A stretch of 64,000 nucleotides of DNA from Lama glama. Lineage: Eukaryota. The position numbers and the translations under genes were made by a program. Below, one piece after another: positions 40,020 to 53,400 of this stretch (its first letter is position 1; each line of letters starts with the position of its first letter). The notes under the pieces were generated by a model. It was given only the letters and a program-made list of their open reading frames with translations. It was not told the DNA's origin and ran no database searches. Location: NCBI GenBank assembly GCA_028534125.1, contig CM052818.1, positions 7,318,001 to 7,382,000 of the forward strand. The letters run 5' to 3'.

Positions 40020-40175
40020 GGCCGCGCCGCGCTGGCCCTGGGCCTCATTTAAAGGCCGCCGGGGCCCGGCTCGGGAACCGGGAACAGGGCGGGGACCCGG
40101 CTGGGCTGCCGCGGCTTGCTCAGCTTGCCCTGCCCCTCGGCCATTGGACAGTGGCAGGAGGCTGGGGCGGGAGGG
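40020..40175 (-). promoter_or_regulatory. LGALSL core promoter: TATA-like TTTAAA (40048-40053), GC boxes (~40088, ~40165), CCAAT (40147-40143)
   Basis: Motifs read directly; their order and spacing fit a minus-strand TSS near 40020 (inferred). Confidence 0.5.
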
Positions 40176-41419
40176 ACGGGCCTGCCGGGGTCGGGGCGCG
40201 CGGGGAGGCTGGCGCCGGGTCGGCCTTCTCCCGCGGCGGGGTGGGTGGGGCTGGGGGATGCGGAAGGGAGGGCCGGGGCCTGCCAGGTGACAGGTACTTG
40301 TGACATCTCCGCCCCTCCTCTCCGCCCACCCCGTTCCTTCTCCGGCCGGGTCCTGGGGAAGGTGGGACAGTGGAGGCCGAGGTCAAGGGAAGGTTGGGGG
40401 TGGAGCTGGTATTCAAAGATTTCTTTCGGAGAATTCCAACAAAGTGCGCGGAAAGATTCATTGGGCTTTCTAGGGTAGAAAGATAATGAAAGGTCTCTAG
40501 GCTTGCAGAAATGAATATCTGACCTAAAAGCAAGAGGCATATAGGACTCACTGTAGGGACTTTTATATTTCAGGAGATTAATACAGAACAGACCTTCCTC
40601 CCCTGTGGAAGGATAGGCAAGTCTGGGGGTCCCTGGAGGCTCTCTCAGGCTGGGGTCTGGCAGAGTCTTAACAACTTGAACTGAGCACAGTAACTGGCCC
40701 CAGAAAGCCCTCATTGGGCCATTTTAAACAAGTCACCTGCCCAGCCTAGGCTAGTGAATTTCTCACTGAAAATCTCTTGATATCCTTTGTGGAGTAATCC
40801 CCAGAGGGTACACGGCTCTTTATTCCAAGGCACAAATTCCTTTATGGCATTTCCACATTAGGATGATTATGTAACTTCACAGATAAAGCTGTATCGACAT
40901 ACCCTTTATTAAGTGACATCTTGGCTTAAACATTCCACTGTGTGAATCACCAGGGTGTTTTACACTAATAAGCAGGGAGCATGTGTGACCTGCTGCAATC
41001 CCAGAGGGGCCCTCAGAGTCTCCCTTCCTGCCGCTGTTGATGGCTGTGTGGCCTGGAACATCACTGAGGCTTTTGTTTCTTAGCTTTCCCTTTATGGACC
41101 AGAGCTAATCATGGTAATCTCAGTCAAGTAGGGAGAATTACCTGCACACGCCTGTAAGCCACAGTCATATCCTTTGTGTGCTCTGAATTTGAGACTGAAG
41201 TGCAGCACTGTTGTGGCTCACTCTTTTGTTCTTGTTTACCAGTCTTAGCTCAAAATCACACCTTATTGATTATTTTAAAATGTTAGGCAGTCAAAGGAAA
41301 CTATTGACATTTTGAAAGCACGCTTTGGTATAGCTCAACTTCTGAGAGTTTGGTATAGGGAAAACTCATTGAAGTAGTTTTTTTTGTCATTAGCTAAGCT
41401 AAGAGTGACACAATACATC

Positions 41420-41640
41420 ATGGTGATTAAAGAGCCTGTGCCCTGGGTTCAAATCCTGGCTCTACAATTAGCTAGCTGGGTGATCTTGGATGACTTCTCT
41501 GTGCCTCAGTTTCTTCATCTGTGAACCAGAGGTGACAGCGATGCTGACAATAGCGCCCATCTCGGGTTACTGCGAAGATTAAGTAAATTGGTTCCTGTAT
41601 CTTCCTTAGAAAAGTATCTGGCACGTAGGAGTCACTGACT
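41420..41640 (+). mobile_element. MIR
   Basis: ctgggttcaaatcctggctct...ctgtgcctcagtttcttcatctgtgaa. Confidence 0.8.
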
Positions 41641-41659
41641 CTATAAACATCCTGAGGAC

Positions 41660-42290
41660 CTGCCATGGACCAGGCTCTAGGGAATCCATAGTGGACTTTT
41701 TTGTTGATCTTGCATTCTAGTGGGGAAAGGCAGTCAATAAACAAATAAATATATATAATATATCAGATGGTGAAAGTGTTAGAAAAAATAGTAAAGCAAG
41801 TAAGGCGAAAGAGAAAGGTAGGAGATGGGGCAGTGCTATTTACAGAGTGTGATCAGGCAAGCCGCCTATGGTAGAATGAGGAAAGGACCCCCTGAAGGAA
41901 GGGAGGGTGGGGAGGCATTTGGAAGTGTGGGAGAAGAGTCTACTGGCAGAGGGGACTGCAAGGGCAAAGTCCCCAGGGTGAAGTATGTGAAGGTGTTGGG
42001 TGCACCTGGGTTGCAGCGACCAAAGATATAAGTAATTAGAAATGGAATAGGCCATGCAGACTGTGTGAAGATTGGCTTTTGCTCGAAAGAGATAGGAAGA
42101 CAATGGAGGTTTCTGAGCAAAGGAGTGACATAGTTTGCCTTCTGTACCCTCTGGCTGCTATGGCGAGTGGTCTCTGTGGGGAGGGCAGTGGGCAGGATGG
42201 AGGGTAGAAGCAGGACTCAGGAGGCTGCAGCACCAACCCAGGCAAGAGAGAACTGTGGCTTAGACACGGGGAAGTGATGAAGCTGTGAGG
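41660..42290 (-). mobile_element. L2 fragment
   Basis: cttgcattctagtgggga...ggaggtttctgagcaaaggagtgacatag. Confidence 0.65.
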
Positions 42291-43731
42291 ATCCGTGGTC
42301 CTTGATAAGTCCTAGCTGTTGTCATTATGTAGCTCTGAGAGTTCAAATCGACTTCTAAGCCTCAGTTTCCTTAATGCAAAACTAAGGGATTGGGCTCTTT
42401 CATCATTCCTTTTTGGCTCTTAGAAAGTCCTTCTGGTTCCTCAAAAGCTGTATAAATACCATCTAAATTTGAAGGGGTTTGAGAATAAGTGCTGTTGAAT
42501 GAAAATAATCTTGGGTTGAATCTTTCAGTAAATGATTTTGTGGGGTGAAGAATAACCCCTTGATTGACTCTGTAAGTGAAGTTGAAGAATTTGGATTGCT
42601 TAAGATGAGTTCTTACGTTTCTTACATTTTAGGAATGTAAAGAACAGAAGGTTACTGAACCTGCCCAGAATATTTTAACATGGCAAATTGTCTTTTATTT
42701 CAAAAATGCTTGATTCCTTCTCATTCTATAAAATGGTTGCTTTTGAATATGGAGAGGAAGGAGAAAGCCTAAATGAATTTTTCTGTTATAATTAAAGCTG
42801 ACCAGAGTCAAACGACCCCTTCCAAGGGAAAATTCATTAGCAAATTAATAAACTACAGAGCTTAAATTTTTAAAAAGTTGAATAGTGAAGGCTAGGCAAA
42901 CTTTGCTCTGAGCTTTGATGATGGGCATTTGTGTCTAAAAAACATTAACCAAGATTGTGACCCTTTTATGAAATGCACCAATGAAATTTCAAGCTAATTT
43001 GCATTACTGCTGGAAACTACTAAAAAGGCTAAAGAAGAGGCAGGAGGCAGTCAGGCAGATGATTAGCACTGAAAAAGAAATGTGCACGGGTCTTTGATGA
43101 TAGACTTTGCTAAATGATCTTCCCAGATGAAAATAGTAGATCACTTCCTTCTTTCCTTCCCATTTAATATGTTTTATGCAAATGTGCATATGCAGAGTTT
43201 CTAATATTGGGAAGAGAATACAGCATTTATGTAATTCAGCAACCATTTTATGAGCATTACTATGTGCTGTAATAGCGTGGACCAAGAAGAGATATTTGAA
43301 AATGGAATCTTGTCTTGCAGGAGCTCACACTTTGGGGACCAGTGTAGAATGTAGTGGGTGAGAAAATAAGGCCTCAGACCTATAGCCTGAGAACTGAGGG
43401 GGAGTAGTTACTCCCATCTGGAGGATTAAGGCAGCTTTTCTCGAGGAGATGGCGTTATCTCTGACCACATGCTTAGCAGAACCTTCCACCAAAGCAAGTC
43501 TGCAAAGACTGCATGGCAGCTTTATTCATGGCCCGAATTCTAAACCCACTCCTCTGCTTGGTCTGGCCACCAGCTGAACCTCTGTTCCCAGGGGCAGGTT
43601 TTGTCTCCTGCCCTGGTCTAGGTAGATATATGCCTCCTTCCCTTACACTGTGACTGTGGGCCCTGATCCCCTAGGCCTGACTTTGGCCTTCAGACCACTG
43701 TTTTCTGTGTATATATACACGTTAGCAGGAA

Positions 43732-43942
43732 CAAGGTTTCTCATCCTCAGCACCATTGACATTTTAGTTTGAGAAATTCTTCGTTGAGGGGCGCTGTCCT
43801 ATGCATTATAGGATGTTGAGTGCTAGATGCTAGCAGCAACCCCCCAACAAGTGGTGACAACCAAAAATGTTCTCAGTTGCTGACAAATGTCAAATGTCCC
43901 CAGGTAGGGTGGGGCAGACTTGTCCCCAGTTGAGAACCAGTT
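43732..43942. mobile_element. MER20-like DNA transposon
   Basis: ggtttctcatcctcagcaccattgacatttt...gtgacaaccaaaaatgt...gttgagaacca. Confidence 0.8.
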
Positions 43943-44227
43943 ACCTAGAAGGTGCTTTAAGATCCTGTTACTCATATTGATACATGATATGAAATGTATC
44001 CAATCTAATCTAGAATAGAAACTTGCACATCAGAAACACTTGCCTTTTTATTTGGCAAGTTATTGCTTCCTGACAGCTATGGGGGCACTTTACACATGGT
44101 TCCACAAAGAACCCCTCCAATGAAGGAGGACCTGGGAGGACCCCTGTGGATGTAGCTGCCAGCTCAAAATGTCTATAATATTGAGAAACTTGTGTGACTT
44201 TTGCATTCTGTTCCACAATATCGCCAT

Positions 44228-44666
44228 TTTTTTTTGTATATATGTATTTTTATTGAAGTATAGTCAGTTTACAATGTTGTGTTAATTTCTGATGTACAGC
44301 ATGATGCTTCAGTCATACATGAACGTACACATATTTGTTTTCATATTCTTTTTCACCGTAAGGTACTACAAGATATCGAATATAGTTCCCTGTGCTATAT
44401 AGTATGAACTTGTTTATTATTATATGTATTAGTATCTGCAAATCTCAAACTCCCAATTTCTCCCTTCCCACCCCTTTCTCCCCCACTACCCGCCCCTGTA
44501 ACCGTCGGTTTGTTTTCTCTGTCTGTGAGCCTGTTTCTGTTTTGTAAATAAATTCCTTTGTCTGTTTTTTTTTTTTTTTAGATTCCACATATAAGTGATA
44601 TCATATGGTATTTTTCTTTCTCTTTCTGGCTTACTTCACTTAGAATGACCATCTCCAAGTCCATCC
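44228..44666 (-). mobile_element. L1 3' end with TSD
   Basis: attgaagtatagtcagtttacaatg...; flanking repeat atcgccat at 44220-44227 and 44667-44674. Confidence 0.88.
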
Positions 44667-47600
44667 ATCGCCATGTTTGTTTTTGATAGGAACATAATGT
44701 CTTCCCCACACTCATAAATACAGTAAAATTGAAGCATCTAAATGTTTACCCTGTTCATCTTGTGGCTTGATTCCCTCCCTGCCCCAGACCCCAAAGCATG
44801 GTTGCAGCCCACTTTGAGGAATAAGACAATGTACAGTTTTACAAGCGGGTCAGGCTTTCAATTCTCCATAATTGTTTTAGTCGGGCCAGTCTCTGCTCGG
44901 GATAAATATTCATGTAGGCAGCAAATATGCAAACTTAGCATTCTTTTCTTTACTTAGTTAGATAGGAGGGCAAACACTTATCAAGCTATTTTTTTGTATT
45001 TCAATACATGATTAAAATTCTTAATTATTTGAGAAACTATGGTCACGGTTATCAAATAATTATTTTAGACACACACAAAAGTATGTGTTGTACCAGTGTA
45101 TTTAGGGGACAACCATAAAATTTGGCAGCCAATGCCAGTTCCTAACATTTCATTATTTCCGGTTTATTTATGAGGATACTAGAACCAGCCTCCTGCTTGC
45201 GTTTTAATTACTTAGCGCAGGAAGGATTGCTTTCAGAAAACTTCCAGGCTAAAGATGATAATAATGAGCCCATTTCCCAGGAGGAGTTCAGGGCTTCAAA
45301 AGTATGTGCTGCTTCCTACCCGGGGGATGTCACTGTGGGCCCTTTATTGTGTCTGAGACATTGCCATGTGCACCCTGTCTCAGGAGGGCTCACTCCTGTG
45401 AAAGGTGACAAGAGCCCTCGCTGATGGGGAAGTGAAAAGCGTTCTGCCCAGGGACACAGAAAGAATGCTGCTTCCAGCCTTCGGAACTGGCAGCATGAAT
45501 GAAAGATATTTTAAGATTCTCTCCGGCAAGCCTTTGTGCCTGTGCTGGGAGCCAAGGATGAGCCTCTGCATCTCCTTTCAGCAATTCCAGGAGGCAGCTC
45601 TGTGCTTAGCCAGCCTTTTTCCAATTAGGAATGTGACAGGCCTGTGTGGTGGTGCCCTGGGCTGCGTTTCCTTCTTCTCATTATGCTTGACGTTTCTGTT
45701 TTCATCTGCTGGTTTATAGTCCTCCTTTTTAATTGCCTCTGTGATTTTATTTTCTTATTGTCAAGTGGCGTAAAAGGTTTCTTAGTTTTGTAGTTTCACG
45801 GAAACTTGCAAGGCTTGGCTGCGTGGAAGGAGACCAAGATTCAGACTTAGCAGTTGTCTGGAAATCCCGACTAATGTGGAGGAAAATTCAGGAGGCCGGC
45901 TGCCAGGTGGTCATTTAGAGGAAACGTGTTTGGGTGACACAGATTTCTAGGCTTCTTAAAAGGCGAACCTCATAGAGGAGGGATTAACACAGCACAGCTT
46001 GGAACAAACCACCAGCCAGGGAGAGACCTGGGAAGTTAAACTTGCCATCCAAATTTGGCTAACCAAAGAGATTCAGAGAAAACAGACGTCATTTATTTAT
46101 TCAGCAATTCTTTATTGAGCTGGGCTTATTGATCCTTATGATCATTTTTTACTTTCTTAAAAAATACCCGAACAAACATACACTTACTTGCACTTAACAT
46201 TCTTGCCCTCCTTTTCCATATGAGTTTCTTTAAGGCATCTCTCCTTCCTCATATTTTCGATTCCAGTGTGCACACTGCCTCTTGCATTTGACAGTATTCA
46301 GTCTAAGGGCTCCCCTGCCAACATGGCAGCAGAGCCCAGAAAATAAAAATAAAATGTTTTGAATTCAGAGGCTGGTTTCATTCCACCTCTAATCAGATAG
46401 CACATTTTCTATCTAAATTTAGTTTATCTGGTATGTGTTGATTGTAGGCCTGGATTGTTCAAACGGTTAATTTATCCCACAGAGAAAGATTAACTGAAGA
46501 GTTGAAGAAAATGTTTTAAGTTGCAGAAGTTCAAATTAGCAACCTGCACTGATTAGACACATCACATGTCATTCATTCACAACGTTGGCCTTCGTTGGTT
46601 CAGTGTTGCTCCTAAACTTAAGAATTAAGTGGAATGCTATAAATTCAGGAGGGTTTGGTGTTAGGTATGACTTCAGGATTGCCTGCGTGTATGTGTGTGT
46701 GTGTGTGTGTGTGTAAGACCAGGTAGAGTGGGGAGGGAGGAAAATTTTCAGCTTTTCTTAAAAGCCAATCCTCTTTTTAATACCAGGAATAGATAAAAGT
46801 AACTTTAGGAGAGGAAGCAACGTAGCTGTCTGTGCTTGTTTTTGATCCTGCTGATTTTGATGCTAAGAAAAATGCCATCAAGAAAGAGAAGAAATATATA
46901 TATATATTTTTTTTTTTCTTTTAGATGACTGAGGCAGTGATACAAGTATTATATTTCTATTCTCTGACACTTTTTCTGCTAATAGATGTTCTCCTTGATA
47001 CTGATCTGGAATCTTCCCACACACACAACTCGATTCCTGGCCAGTTACGCCCACTTTACACATCGGCTGCACGGGCACTTTCCCCAGTAATCCCAGTTTC
47101 TCCCGTGGACAGGCTGCCCGCTTCATTGCTGGCCTTCAGACTCCTCCCCACTCCTTCCACTGGCTCTGGGCTCTCTTCCTGGGCAGGATCCTCCCCCACA
47201 GCCTGTCTTTAGTGAGTAGATTCTCATCCAGCCTGAAAGAGAAAATTAAAAACAGACAAACACATCCCACTTATATACAGTCCTTTTCCGGAAGGCAGGG
47301 GTTCCTGCCTTTCAGGGGGCCAATATGCATCCTTTTCTCTTTTAGTCACTGCTGACAGACTGATGCCATAGCCAGGACAGGCCAAAAAATGAGTATCATC
47401 CCATTTCAAGCCACTGTGATACAGCTGAGAATTACTCTAGACAAGTTACAACCAAGGGTTGGCTCTAGATGATTTATACAGATTATACAATGCCAGGTGA
47501 TATTCTATAATTAGAAATAAGAAGGAATGAGCTTAGTGAGAAGAGAGGATGGGTGGAATTTCTGAGTACAGATGGACAGGATGAGTGTTTCTTCAGGTCT

Positions 47601-47829
47601 AGTAATGGTTTTAATCTACAATGTGGTTTATTCTTGGTGCCCTGATAGCAGCTCATAAAACAGCCACAGGTTCACCCAAAAGCCCTTAGAAATTATTACA
47701 CAGTGCTAAAATAGAGCTTGCCCAGGAATCTGAAAGTACCCACATCTTTTGTAAACTGTCATTCAAGATTCCTTCTTCAATGTTGACTTCACATTAAGTC
47801 ATTGTGGCCTTTTAAAAACATAAATTGGG

Positions 47830-48380
47830 TTTTTAAAAAAATCTTTAAAAATCACTTGGTGGGTTTTCATGGTGCTTAGAGTGAAACCCCAATTCCTTTC
47901 CATGGCTTTTAAGGCCCTGTGGGATCTGGCCCTCTGTCTCCAGCTTCACCTGGGAGCCGCACTTCTCTCCCTTGCTCACTATTCTTCAGGCAAAACTGGC
48001 CTTCCTGAGGTTTTCCCGATAGCCAAGTGCACACATTCCTCAGGGTCTTTTCACTTGCTGTTCCTCTGCCTGAAATGTGCTTCCCCAGACATTTTTCTGG
48101 TTTCTGACCCTTAACGTCTTCACTCAAATGTCACCTTCTGTGAGAGACCTTCCTTAATATAATACAGGCCCTGGCCAGGGCTCTTTTACTGCATCTTCGT
48201 CTTCTCCATATCTTACCTCCATCATTAACTGTCTTGTTTATTACCTGGTGTGGCCTTTCTACATCAGAGGGTAAGAACCTTGAGAGCAGACTCTTGTCTT
48301 TCTTCTTCATAAAGTGAAGTGAAACTGGGCGCAAAGATTTATTGATTGAATCGATGAGAGAATGAGTGAATTAATGAATC
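47830..48380 (+). mobile_element. L2 3' fragment
   Basis: cctcagggtcttttcacttgctgttcctctgcctgaaatg...tcaaatgtcaccttct...gaatgagtgaattaatgaat. Confidence 0.7.
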
Positions 48381-49480
48381 GTGCACAGCCACAGATCTAC
48401 AGACGAAATAAAACCTCAGAGCTGCTGAGGGCCCCCAGCCCAGAGTCCGTTCATTTCTCTCCTGTTATGCAGCCTGAGAACAATCCTCCTTGGGTTGACA
48501 TATAAAGACTCTGCCCTTCCCACCACTGAGAAGTCTTGATTCTAGAGGCTAATATGAATTACATATAAATTTGTGCTAGACATTAGGCAGTTGTTGAACC
48601 TAAATTTAACATGTCAGAAAATACCCTTGTAAGCAATGAAAAATTGAACTAGTAAGATTAAGTACGGAAAACATAAGAGTGAAAAAAAAATCCCAAAGCA
48701 TAAGCATAGCAATTTAATAGCTATATTAGTGGTGTTATTGTTACCTCACCCTGATTAGATAGACTTTCAGGCTCTTTAAAGTAACCTGATATTGAACATC
48801 AACTATAAAATCTTCTCTAAGAAGGATGAACAATGAAGGTGCTGACTTTCCTGATCACTTACTTAATTTTGTTTAACGAGCACTTACAGAATGTGCACTG
48901 TGCTCCAGGTACCTCTCTGAGTGCCAGCTCAGGTTGAGTTCTTTGGAAGCAATAGTGGAGACAGAGTTTGTGGATTGAGATTCTTATTAGGGATTAAGGC
49001 CTTTGAAGAGAAGGCAGAGAAAGCCGGAAAGTCAAACTGCACTGCAGGCTCAGAAAGCCTGGGAACCTGGCAGGGACTTGAGGTGTGCGCTGCCTGTCGG
49101 AGTGTCCTGCCTGGGATGGCGGGCCTTTCTACCCCTACCTCGCTCAGTCACCAAGTGTGGGCTTCCCCAGGAAGGGCATGGCCTCAGGCCAGGCAGCTCT
49201 GCAGCTGAGAGAGACACAGGGGTTGCCGAGAGCTGGAGTTTGTCTGCTTCTCGTCTTCCCTGGGTCTGGGCAGCAAGTAAGTTCTTCCTTGAGGTGCACC
49301 TCTGGGTCTGTCAAAATATTAACTCATTTACCCTCGTGGGAACCCTATGAGGTTGGCCCTTTTACTATCCCCATTTTAAAGATGACAAAACTGAGGCATG
49401 GAGAAATTAGTTAACTTGCCAAACTAGATCAGGTAGTGGAGCTGACACCCAGTCATTGTGGCTCCAGAATCAAAATTTTT

Positions 49481-50258
49481 TTTCATGTAAATAACTACTT
49501 ATTATTCTCTATTTTAATTGAAGTATAGTTGATTTAATTGAAGTATAGTTGTGTTAGTTTCTGGTATACAGCCTAGTGATTCAATTATACATATATATAT
49601 TCTTTTTCGTATTCTTTTCCATGATGGTTTATTACAGGATATTGAATATAGCTCCCTATGCTATACAGTATATTGTTCTTTGTCTATTTTGTATATAGTA
49701 GTTTGTCTCTGCTAATCCCAAATTCCTAATTTATCCCTTCCCCCACCCTTCCCCTTTGGTAGCCACAAGTTTGTTTTTTTATGTCTGTGAGTCTTTCTGT
49801 TTTGTAAATAAGTTCATTTGTAGCATTTTTTTAGATTCCACATATGATATGGATATCATATGTGATATCATATGATATTTATCTTTCTCTTTCTGACTTA
49901 CTTCACTTAGTATGATCATCTCTAGCTCCATCCATGTTGCTGCAAATGGCATTATTTTATTCTTTTTTTTTTTGGCTGAGTAGTATTTCATTGTATATAT
50001 ACCACATCTTCTTTATCCAGTCATCTGTTGATGGGCATTTAGGTTGTTTCCATGTCTTGGCTGTTGTAAATAGTGCTGTTATGAACACTGGGGTGTGTGT
50101 GTATCTTTTCGAGTTGGTATTTCCTTCAGATATATGCCCAAGAATGGGATTGCTAGATCATATGGTAAGTCTATTTTTAGTTTTTTAAGGAATCATCATA
50201 CTGTTTTCCATAGCGACTGCACCAAATTACATTCCCACCAACAGTGTAGGAGGGTTCT
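49481..50258 (-). mobile_element. L1 3' portion (ORF2 end + 3'UTR) inserted into a MIR (49320-49480)
   Basis: ORF-track 49779..49991 (MKYYSA...IMPFAATWMELEMIILSEVSQKEKDKYHMIS) is the L1 ORF2 C-terminus; TSD gaatcaaaattttt (49467-49480) / gaatcagaattctt (50259-50272). Confidence 0.9.
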
Positions 50259-50382
50259 GAATCAGAATTCTTAACTATTCAGCTATGCTATCTTAGCTGT
50301 TACTTCATAGAAAGAGTTGAGGATAGCCTAATAATAATAACAAGGACGATACTGGCTGTTAGTTTTTTCTAGGATAGCGTGA

Positions 50383-50392
50383 ACATGCATGC

Positions 50393-50423
<31 letters not shown>

Positions 50424-50438
50424 TGTGTATGTGTGTGC
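50383..50438. repeat. (GC)8(GT)n compound microsatellite
   Basis: Read directly. Confidence 0.95.
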
Positions 50439-53400
50439 TTGCCTGGTATTCGTGCATTTATTAAAAACAACATCAGGAGGATAATAATTTTGTGTTGCCT
50501 ACTGTATTTGAATATTAAATCCTGCCTGTGAAAATCTTAAGAATCCAGACTAGATGCTAAGGGGCAATGACTACAAGGTAGCCTGTGCTGAAGTTCTCAT
50601 GTTGGCCTGGAAAAAGGAAGGGCCCCTTTGGAGTTTAGGGCAAGGGAATTGAGTAGGTGGAAGAAAGGCGGTAAAATGCAGGGCAAGGCCAACCAGTTCT
50701 GTGCGCTACCTGTCACAGGGGTGAGGTGTCAGTTCGATAAGGGCCTGAGGGAAACGCAGGTGACACATGGGAAGAGGGTGAAGAAGGGGAGGAGGGTTGA
50801 GCAGGTGTGAGCAGGGTGGGCTCTGGCATTCTTCAGAGGGCATGTAAGATGGTACAACACTGTGCAGACCCAGGAGGACAGGAGAGGAGGTCAAAGGGGT
50901 CTAGTCTTGTCTGGTCCTCAGAGGGAAAATGTGTGGACTTGGGCAGAAGATGGGATGAAAGAGAAAGTCCAGTGGCAGCAGGACAATTTTTCCATCACTG
51001 TTTGTGGAATTATACATAATCTTTTAAAGATATTTAAAAATCATTTTCTACATTGCAGAATGAGGCTTCTTATTCTAAAGACCAGGCTTAGGTAAGGAAG
51101 AAATTCAAGGATGACAAGTTTTATTTTGGATGATGTAGAATACACATTTCCTCCATTTGCAATTCTCTTTTTGTCTGTAAACTGTGACGGTTCAGGCAAT
51201 AGAAGCATCTTTAATAAGACTTTTCACTCCAGTGACATTAACTGTCTGACATTCTTTTTCTGATGTTTGGTGAAATCCCCTCTTTAAACACAGTCGAGAA
51301 GTTCTGTTTTAATACCTCACTTCCTTTATTTGTATAAAAAGCACTCCAAAAGGCTGGAGTAACATCTTGGTAGTGAGGGCTTTTTGCAGAAATAGTCAGC
51401 AGGGATAAATTTCAGCAATAGGACGTGTAAACTTCCCAACAGACCAAATGTGTCCTCTGAGCCAGCGGGATTAAAGGATTCTACTTGGCATCTGAATAAA
51501 GGTCGTTCTTCCTGCTGAACTGATTATGTCAGTATTACTGACCCTTATGTTAATGGGTTCTTTCCCATGTCATGTATTCTGTCTTATAGATATTTCAACA
51601 CAATTTGCCCATTTTCATAACATATAAAGCCATCTTAGAAACTTACCCTACAGCCTGCAGAATAACGATGCTCTAAATAATTCACAAAGCAAAGCAAATA
51701 CATAGATGTTAAAAAGTAATTTACAAGTGCAGAACTCACGATGCCAAGTATGGATCTTGCTTAGAGTAGATACTCAAACTCGTTTATTGCCCTGAGCCAA
51801 ATTGGGAGGATGTGTATCTGGAGCACAGTATATTTCTAATGCCATCCTTTTGAAAATAAGCATGTTTTCAGAGAAACATAGCTGTTTCCTAGAGCAAGTG
51901 GTTTGCATTTGGGATGGGGGACAAATAACTCCTTTCTGAACTCTAGAATTTTATAGAAGAATGTTTTCTCAAATGCCACAGGCTTAATGAAGGCAGAAGC
52001 CGGAAGTGTGGAAGGTCACTGTCTAGCAGGGCTGGAATCCTTCATGTGCCCTACTGACCCTTTGACAATTCTGACTTGCCTTTCTGCAGTCACTTCTCAG
52101 CTGGGCGTAGTGCATGGACCCAGTGAAAATAAACCCTATTTCAGGGAGCACTCCTAGGATGGGTTGTTTCAGGACTTCAAGGTGCCTATATTCAATCGTT
52201 GGACACTGCATATGGAAGCCGCCTCTGCTTCTGGGACATATGTCTCTTCCAAGAGCTGAATTCAGTATCAAAAAGTGTACTGTCTCATAGAATGCTATAT
52301 GTACCAAAAACCTATGGCACATTCTTCTGAAAAATCAAAGCATTTGACTACTTAGAGGTAAAATTGCTTGATCACAGAGTATGCACACATCTAATAGTTT
52401 TTATAGATTCTGCTAGGTTTCTGTCCAGCATGGCTGGATCACCTAAATACATTTTCTGCTCCCATGTGTGATGCATCTCCTGTGATGCATCAGCTGAATG
52501 AACCAACCTTAGGACAAATTTATTTTCCCCTTCTAAAAAACAAAGACAAAAACGCAACATCCAAGTCACCAAAATTCCATCTGTAAAAGATACTTGATCA
52601 CAGACAGATCTAAAATAAATTCGGGCATCTGATATCGACACTTGGCCCTGTGCCCCTCCCCTGTGATGCAAGCCACACACATACTCTTCAGCCTGTTGTT
52701 GTCCTAGAATTAACTGTACACTTCTTTCAGGAGATGACATTCAAGCCTCACAAAGCAAGGTCAGTGAGGACTGGAAGGGAAAGTGAGTGTGGTTCATAAA
52801 ACCAAGAGCCATTTATGATTTAACAAGATTAACAAGTGCTGTTTGAAAGAGCTGCCCGGCCTGAGTCACAGAGGGAAAAGGATGCCAGTTGAATTCTCTT
52901 GGCTTAGCTGTCACACCGCAAGAAGCAAAGCTTCTGAAAGCCTTGCATAAAACTACACTAGAGCAATCTGGAAAATGATTGTATCTTTAATGATTATTTC
53001 TTCTGGATCTTTACAGAAGGAATGAGTAGTTCCTTTTCACTGGTCCACTTATGTGCTGGTAACATTGCTGGTCTGCTTTGTTGGGAAGGTTGTGTCTGAA
53101 GCTTGCCCAAGTTCTTAAATCTAAGTCACTTAATACATGGTTAGCTCATACTGGATTCTTTTAGAACATTTCCTACTAAAATAACTACAGTGGATTCAGT
53201 AACAGCAAGATGAGGAAGATAATTCCTCTCTTCATGCAGTATAAATGCATGAATTAGTGGAATTCACTAAAAGACTTGTCACTCAAATGTCTATCAATCC
53301 TTTTGTCCCTGAGCAAAAGCAGTTCTTGCAGATTAGCTTTTAGAAAAATTTCAATATTCAGAACACACTGTGCTTTGTATTTCATATGCTGAAAATTGGC

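Larger units (their letters stand above)
38900..40400. promoter_or_regulatory. CpG island over LGALSL promoter, exon 1 and intron 1
   Basis: Very high GC and CpG density compared with the CpG-depleted flanks. Confidence 0.93.

Noticed and set aside
39106..40714. Long overlapping ORFs (up to 341 aa) across the CpG island
   Set aside because: Low-complexity G/A/R/P translations in all frames, expected where GC-rich DNA lacks stop codons; only 39684-39649 is real coding sequence.
49779..50188. ORFs with familiar-looking peptide
   Set aside because: L1 ORF2 C-terminal remnant and its antisense frame; not a host gene.
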